Source: the human T2T-CHM13v2.0 reference genome, Homo sapiens
Direction: 5' to 3' (one strand)
DNA: 64,000 nucleotides
Assembly: GCF_009914755.1 (NCBI RefSeq)
Contig: NC_060935.1
Shown: piece after piece, positions 55,771 to 64,000 of the stretch
Numbering within the stretch: the first letter of the stretch is position 1
Layout: the number at the start of each line of letters is the position of its first letter
The notes under the pieces: generated by a model
Told to the model about the DNA's origin: nothing
Database searches by the model: none
What the model saw: the letters and a program-made list of their open reading frames with translations, nothing else
Made by a program: the position numbers and the translations under genes

Positions 55771-56677
55771 CTTTAAAAAGTTTAGATCAAATAAGATTAG
55801 TATTAGTGAATTAATGAAACATCTATTTTTAAGTTGATGGAAATTTTAGCATGTCTAATGTTTATGTAGAATCTAATCAAGATCTTAGAATAATTAACAA
55901 GTTATTATTCCTTCTTTTGTACCTTTCTGTCCAAATGTCAATAAGGGTGATTTGAATATTGAATATCATGATTGGTTTTAGAGATAGCTAGGCAGAAAAA
56001 AACCCCAGGTGACAAACAGAAAGTGTGGCATGAAGCCTGTGGAAAACTAATAAAGGAAATAAATTGATCTTGGCTAAGAGTAGTTGTTTACTTCTGACAA
56101 AGACCTACTATTAACAGAGATTAGCAAATCTTTTCAGACGCTTAAAAAATCATATTTAATTACAATCCACATTTTCTCAACCCCCCTTAATTAGCAATGA
56201 AAACAGGTAGAGCAGAAAAACCAAAAAATTCAGTGTAAAAATACCTTAATTCAAATTTTACTGTATTTTATTTTGGTATAAGATAATTTAGATGCAGCTA
56301 AACTGAATAAATCTCAATTTTCTAGTGAGTAAATGGGGGACTAATACTATCTACTTCTTACAATTATACAATTTAAGGAATAATCTATTTCAGTGTGCTC
56401 AAATATTAATTTTCCTCTTAAACTATTTCGGGATAGTTTCTTTTGTGGCTAAGGTTTGCATTGGGACAGCAAAAGAGGAAATAGAAAGTGAGTTGCTAAA
56501 GGGATATATAACTTTTTTCATAAGAATAAATATAATTCATAATAATTCTTTAGCATAATCTAGCTATTTTTCAAATATTATATATATTTTTTTTCCAGAG
56601 AAATTAGAAGTCATATTTCTGCGGTATAGCCATCTAATTTCCCATCTCTAGGGTATGTTTGTTTTTAGAAAAACATT

Positions 56678-56691
56678 CCAGCAGGTGGCGC
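56678..56691 (+). promoter_or_regulatory. CTCF core motif CCAGCAGGTGGCGC
   Basis: Exact fit to CCASYAGRKGGCRC in otherwise very AT-rich unique sequence. Confidence 0.7.
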
Positions 56692-57439
56692 CAACATCAT
56701 AATATTTAACCTTCATGAAACTATGCCAGGAGTGGGTAAGGAAACAAAAGTTATTGTTTAGCCAGAAGGTGGAGCTAGGTGACCAGTCTTTAAAATCAGT
56801 GTCTGCATTTGAAATAGACAACTTCAATTTTACTGAATCACAGGATTTATAATCTGAGTATTGTGAAGAGCATTGTCTGAATCCTCTACCTTCCATACCT
56901 TCAAATTTCAACTTTAAGTGTATTATTTTTACAATTAAAGAATTCTGGTCCAGCTCATGAAAGCAAGAAATACTTTTATATTCTAATTTTTATTATTCAT
57001 AGTCTTTGCAAAAAAGAGAGCATATTTAAATATTGTTATTGTACTGTTTCTCTATATGTTTGAAGATTATACATTTTTATAAAGTATGTACTTATCATAT
57101 ACCATAAATCCTCTGCTCTTTTCTATTTCTCCACTGTGATTTTCTTAGGAAGATGAAACACTGAATTAGGAGATCTGGGAAACTGCAGACACACTTTCTG
57201 ACATGTTCAAATCAGGAAAAAAAGGGTTTGAAATCTTTCTTCTATAATACTTCATGAATTTTTCTAAAATACTGTTCAATTTTAATGTATTTGTTTATTC
57301 TGTTGCCAATGTTTAAGTCTTTAATCACTTTAAACAATAGGAAGTAAAAATTAAACAGCTTCATAACTTTAAGCTTTCATATTAGCAGAAACTCTATTTT
57401 CTAAAAATTGTTGCCAGATCATTGAATTCTAAATACTTG

Positions 57440-57930
57440 CCTATTAAATGTCTGTGAAATGAATCAATTTCTCACATACCACATTACTTCCTTCTATCTC
57501 CTACCTTCAGCTAGTGGGGCAATCCAATAGCCTACTAGAAGTTGACTTACCTTCCTCTTGCCCCCTCTAATCTGTTTTCTTTCATGAGATCAAGAGCAAT
57601 GTTTTATAAATGCAAATTTGATCATTTCATTCCTATTTTTATAAAAACCTTCAATAACTTTTTACTTCTCTAAGCAGTCAAACCTCAACGTGCCCAAAAG
57701 GCACCTCTTCAGGTCTGTCTCATACCATTCTTTCCAATCATTTTCTATAGCGTTTTCTTTCTATACAAACTTTATCACACTACGCTCCCTCCATCTAAAT
57801 CTGGCCCTACCTACCCCTAGTGTAAGTTCATGAGGACAGAAGCATGTTCATCACCTTTCTCACTGCTGTATTTGCAGTGAGTGAGTGTACCATATCATAT
57901 CATGACAGAATGAATGAACAAATAAAAAAT
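57440..57930 (+). mobile_element. L2 3' fragment
   Basis: tgtaagttcatgaggacaga...gaatgaatgaa tail. Confidence 0.6.
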
Positions 57931-58891
57931 CAGAGGCCTCTGGAAAATAAAATTAAATTAAAGAATTCAGAATATTTTTCAATGGCAAGCTATTCCCCCT
58001 TAAGAGAATGTTCAGGATGCAGATGATAACTTTGGTATCTGCAAGGCTGCTCTAAGAGCAAAAGCTTACAGGAAGAATTAAAAAAAAAAACTAAAAACAA
58101 ACCAAAAAACCTGAGTATCTAAAAATAGAACAAATTTCTATGGTAGGTAGTGTTGCCTGTAACTAGAGATATTCAAACATAAGTTACTGTTTCATTTGTA
58201 TAAACTAGTAGTCTGGTAGAACAATTAGATGAACTTCAAACTCCCTTTGAGCTTTGAGATTCTATGGAGGTATGCTTTGTTAAGAAGATTGTCTCTGTAT
58301 TTGCCATGCTGAATGCATTATGAAGCCAATGCTGAGTGCATGGAGGTTCCTCCTTAGAGTTCTTGGAATTAAGTTTTATTGAGTTTAGGACTTTAAAGGA
58401 AATGTGATTTCCTAACACCATCTATAACACTAATTTCAGCTTTAGCTCACATTGCCAGCCTTTTCTTGGGATACACTTGAAATAAAATAGATTCTTTTTT
58501 TCAGATGAGTTATTTTCTCAGTTAACTGAAATTATCTACTTTATTTTTTTTTTTGCTGCTGTAACTTTTACTGAATCACTGATAACACTGATATATTTTT
58601 GATAATACATTTTTATTTTAGAACAATAAAACATGTTTAATTTGCTTTTGGTGGTGGACTAAATTCTCTATTTCAAATATATAAATCTTCTCAAGTGTAT
58701 CCATATACCACAGTGGCTAATAACCTCTTTGTTTCATGAATCTATTTTTGGTCTGCTGCAGGAGAAAGGGTGAAGAAGTTTACACTCAATATACTAATAG
58801 CTCCTGACTTTTACACCTCAACCCAGATTTTATAACTATAATAAAAACATAAATTCATTCTCAGGCTTCATACTGTATAAACTACATAGTT

Positions 58892-59042
58892 CTTTTTTGA
58901 GACATGGTCTCACTGTTGCACAGGCTGAAGTGTAGTGGTATAATTGTGTGGCTCACTGCACCCTCCAACTCCTGGGCTCAAGCAGTCCTGCCTTGGCCTC
59001 CCAAATTGCTAGGATTACAGGTGTGAACCACTGTACCTGGCC
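58892..59042 (-). mobile_element. Alu monomer / internally deleted Alu
   Basis: gagacatggtctcact...ctcccaaattgctaggattacaggtgtga; flanking agttctt duplication. Confidence 0.85.
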
Positions 59043-60849
59043 AGTTCTTAACATTGTTTGCTAGGTGGCAGATGAAACCTGCACTTGAAGAGTTTTTTCA
59101 AATCAAGTTAATTCACATGTAAACAAAGCTATAGATTGCCTCACTGTTTTTAAGAGCCCAAATCAGGAAATGATTGCTAAGTTGATCAACAGAATACATG
59201 TTAAATAAGCTACATACATAAAGTGGGCCACAGTGCAGCCATTAAAAAAAAGATAGATTCAACTGTATATTGACATGGAAATATTTTCATGATATATTGC
59301 TGAGAGAAAGTATTGAGTAGTAAACAGTATGTACAGTGTGTTTCCATTTTAAAAAGAAAGTAAGGTGATGCAAATGCATCAAAAAATGTCAGAAAGTCTT
59401 TATCCAAACTGGTGTCACTGGTTTTCTCTGAGCAATAGAATTCTTTACTTGATGTCTACAGGGATGAGGATTGGAAACTCCCTTCTGACACATTTGATAG
59501 AGTCTAATATGAGTCAATTCCCATATGCATTTCCTTAAAAAAAACTAATAAAGACACAAAATAATACAATCTAATGTCAACTTTCTTCTATAGGAGTAAA
59601 GAAGAGGAAATTAATCACAGCCAAGCAAAGAGGTAGATGATTTTAAAGTCCAATGGACACTATCAAAATTCAGAGTTCTTGTGGGCAAAAAATGATAATG
59701 AAAGCATACATAAAGATTAGATGATATAAATGTACAATTTTAAATCATTCTTGCTCTTGCTCTTACCATCCCAAAGAGAAATTCTAGACTTCTGCAAAAC
59801 TTCTTTCTACCCCTGATTTTTCATGGGTTTAGAAGATTCTTCATATCTCCACTTCACTAACTTTTTGTCCTGCCATATTGGACCCAACAGTTTTCCTGCG
59901 CAAACTGCTGTTGCTTTTTTGAGCACAGTGCACATGGTGGGGACAGTCAGAATTCTCTGCTACTGCACTATGTGCTGTGGTTTCTCCCAGTTAAGTCTGA
60001 GTAGATAGGAGGGAGACATAGACAATATAAATGCATACATTACGACCAGTTTAATTTAAATAAGGAATTTGTGTTGGAGAGGAATAAAATGACTTTTTAA
60101 GTATGTTTTATTACACAAGATATATATATATATATGTACAATCACAATATAGTAAAATATAGGCAAATCAGTAATGTTGAATGCAGGAAACAGAAATTGG
60201 TGCAAGTATTTTAAGTAGAAAGGAATTTAATACAAGATATTAGTTCCTTACAACTTAGCAACTATTATTGCTTATTGTTGGAAGGGCTGAAAGAACAGGT
60301 TCTGTTCCAGACTTTCTGGACTGATGTCCAAAAGAATACCAAGCTGATCCACAGAGGAGCTACTACTATCCCTGAAGCAGCTGCTAGTACTGCTGCCACA
60401 GCTGCCTCTCACAGTGACTGATTTTAGGAAGCCAGAGTAGGATGTCATTCTGCAGTTTCATACCCGGAAAAATGGTGCACAGATCTGGAATGCAGCTACA
60501 GGAAAGTCTCACATTTCTAAAATGCCAGCAGCAAGAGCCAAGAGTTGCAGGAACATGCTATCGTCTTTTCTTCATTCTGCCTTGCAGACTTTCTCAATTT
60601 TCTCAATTTCTCTCAAGTACTGGAAATAGATAATTTGCATCCAGAATGTTAGCTTCAAGAATATTAGGGGGAGTTTAGATTGTAGCTTTCCAAACTCTCC
60701 AAATCAAAGAGTGGAAAAGAGACTGAGAGTCAGAGTATATCTCATAAACAGAGAAGCTCCAGGTAGGAAAAAATAATCGCTCATAACATGACCATCCAGA
60801 TAAAATATCTGTTAACATGGTCACACATCTATTATATTTTTCTTTCCAT

Positions 60850-60881
60850 GTCTGTCTACCTATCATCCATCTATCTATCTG

Positions 60882-60917
<36 letters not shown>

Positions 60918-60925
60918 ATCTATTC
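60850..60925. repeat. (CTAT)n STR
   Basis: Visible run. Confidence 0.9.
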
Positions 60926-61602
60926 AATTTGAAGTAATTGTTTTTCTAGTTTAGTAGCCCTTCCTACCATTCTTTGGATAAAAACAGGATCCCTTTTTCA
61001 TTTGGAAACTACCTCAATCCATATCTATGTTTTCCTGACCAACAAAACTTATCCCCTTCAATCCCATTATCCTCAAATCCTAATTATACATTATATGAGC
61101 CAAAAATTTCCTTTTTTTGGCCCTAATCATGTTTGACTATAGTTTCTGACAGTGTCATCTGAGAAATCCTAACATATATATGTGTATATTAAAGGTGACT
61201 TATAGACTAGGAAATGCTTTGCAGCCTGCTTTTTTCATGGATAAATATATCAAAATTTTTTCCAGGTAATAAGTTAAATATCTGCCATAATTATTAATGG
61301 CTACAAAACATTACAATGTTTGGATTTACCATAATTTGTTCAATTCATAATTTGTTTCTAACTTTTTTACTTTCATCACATTGAAGTTGAAATGGGTGTG
61401 TAAATTTGGACTACTTTTGGTTGCAAGTGACAGAAGCCAAACTTGAACTGCTTGAACAAAAAGGGGTTTTGGAAAGATATTAGGATTTCTCACAAAGTAT
61501 GAAGAAAAAATACAGAATTTAGACCCCCATCAAGAACTACCAGGATTAGAACATGAAACTTGATGTCATTTGAATTTTCTTTATTGTCCACATGGAGAAG
61601 CT

Positions 61603-61714
61603 GGAGTGACCAACTTGTCCTGATCTTCCTGGGACTATCCAAGTTTTAAGACTGAAAGTCCCAGATCCTGGGAACTCCTCTTATCCCAAGAAAACTGGAA
61701 CTTTGGTCATCCCA
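61603..61714. mobile_element. MER94-like hAT DNA transposon
   Basis: Inverted termini gagtgaccaa...ttggtcatcc with internal gggact/agtccc motifs. Confidence 0.65.
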
Positions 61715-61862
61715 GCTCTGGAGTCTTATTTTGTCAGGCAATAGAAAGAAACATTCTTCTGGCAGTTCTAGTTGAAAGCTCCAATGAAGAAGTCATCTTC
61801 ATTCATAGATCAACTGCTTTTGTCAAAAGGAAGGGGATTTTTGCTAGAAGAAAGGAAGTTTA

Positions 61863-62268
<406 letters not shown>

Positions 62269-63762
62269 TCAGTTTTGACTAATTTAAATTAAAAATGTGG
62301 AAGATGGCAGAAGAGAATGAAAAAATGAAGTAAGTATAAAGGGACAATTGATTTGTTGGAAATTATGCAAGGTCAACTGAAGACTAGGATTCAGAAGATA
62401 CACTGGGAACACGTTAGCAGTAATTCAGGTATGAGTTTAGCAGTACAAGAACACATGATTTTGGAGCAGAATAAATAAATGGAAGAGGAATTTAAATGCC
62501 AAAATCTCATAACTCATTGGTAGGACAAATTAGTTTGCCTGTCATGTTGATATTTCAGCATCCCAAAAGTGCATAGCATTAGTACAGTTCTGGTCTGAAA
62601 CCATAATCCTTGAGAATTCCATCTGTAAGTTTTGGGAGAACAAAGAATGAAGACTTCTAGGCCCAAGGAAACCCAGATAGGACAACAGTCCCTTAGATTT
62701 TGCCACACTGAAATGTAAATCAGTCACACAAGGTTAGGGATTATCTCTATCCTGTTCTTGACTGTTCACCCTCAGTCCTGAAACAGTGCCCCACATGTAG
62801 AAGACTCTGACAGTATCGAGAGTGTTGTGGAGTAGTTAGAAGGGGAAGAGAATGGGAATTTAAAGAGCATATTATCACAGAAAGATAAAAAAGAAAAGGT
62901 TTTCCTGATTAGTAATGCAAAAAGTTTCCTTTGAAATATTTAGATTCTTGAGGAAATCCTTATTTGGTTTGAATCTATTGAAAATAGCTTCAATTGTTTC
63001 TTTTATTTGTATGTATACACAGTCATGCATATGATAAAATAAACATTTTTCTAAATCTTGGAAGAAATAAAATCATCTACACAAATACTGTGGAAGTAAC
63101 TTTAAAATGTCCATACTTGGACAACATCTTTAAAATCCTCTGTCTGAAGACTCCTTCCTTCCTCTTCTCTAGGGTGCATACATACAAACATGCAATTTTG
63201 TTTTGACTTCTAAGTCTTTGGAATTCCTTAGTATATATAAGTATATATAGACACATAGCTATTACCTATACAGAAAGGCAAAAGAGTGATAAGGAGCCCA
63301 CATTCAGAATATAGTTTCCTCATGAGTGTGGGAGAAGTGGGGAGATGAGATGAGAGGGAGGAAAAGAGCAATAGGAAGTTCATGGGTGTAGATAATAGTC
63401 TACATGCTAATTTATTTGGTAAGCCCACAAGTGTTCATTTCATCATTATACTTCCTAATCTATGTGTAAATTAAATTACATATGTTATATATATATATAT
63501 ATATATAAAACAGCATATAGCAAACATTCATAGTAAAAAGTAAAAAAGTATATAAAATTAACATATATACATATGATCAAACCATTTATTCATATTAGTG
63601 TTATTGAGAGAACTCTTTAATGATGTATATTTTTGTTTAGAATGGTCACAGTCATGTATCTAAATAAATTAAATCTAATTTAATCTCTTATTCATGTTAG
63701 CAGTATTTTATTGGTCTTAGTCTTAAATTGATGCTCAAATTCTAAATATAGAAGAGGTTTTT

Positions 63763-64000
63763 GGTCAGGCATGGTGGCTAACGTCTGTAATCCCAGCACT
63801 TTGGGAGGCCGAGGTGAGCAGATCACCTGAGGTCAGGAGTTGGAGACCAGCTTGGTCAATATAATGAAACCCCATCTCTACTAAAAATACAAATAAATAA
63901 ATAAATAAATAAATTAGTCAGGTGTTGTGGTGCATGCCTGTAGTCTCAGCTGCTCAGGAGGCTGAGGCACAAGAATTGCTTGAACCCGGAGGCAGAGGTT
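63763..64000 (+). mobile_element. Alu (AluS), cut by the window end, with (TAAA)n linker expansion
   Basis: Alu body running to the window edge. Confidence 0.93.

Noticed and set aside
59058-59075. Second CTCF-like motif (ttgctaggtggcag)
   Set aside because: Lacks the 5' CC and the 3' CRC; too weak without ChIP data.

Overview
Primate (human-like) genomic DNA, AT-rich and dense in interspersed repeats. Two small four-exon protein-coding genes lie in tandem on the minus strand. SVIP (77 aa; CDS exons 10410-10357, 8536-8486, 7982-7869, 3800-3786) has a CpG-island promoter. CCDC179 (68 aa; CDS exons 41074-41030, 40149-40105, 38678-38574, 28189-28178) does not. Neither protein appears intact in the ORF track because the exons are tiny. 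The main observation is that the two genes look like unrecognised tandem paralogues. They share four exons with all phase-0 introns, matching splice-site details (including a rare AAG acceptor on exon 3), alignable peptides, and a 25/30-nt match across the last acceptor and stop, where CCDC179 keeps the SVIP-position TAA right behind a newer TGA. CCDC179 lacks the myristoyl Gly2 and the AA core of the p97/VCP-interacting motif but has a Met-Cys N-terminus. The rest of the window is Alu, L1, L2, MIR, ERV/MaLR LTRs (including a complete THE1 element with TSD and a MER4-type LTR with PBS and internal region), DNA transposons, microsatellites and a consensus CTCF site. Repeat subfamily names are from recognition and repeat boundaries are approximate.
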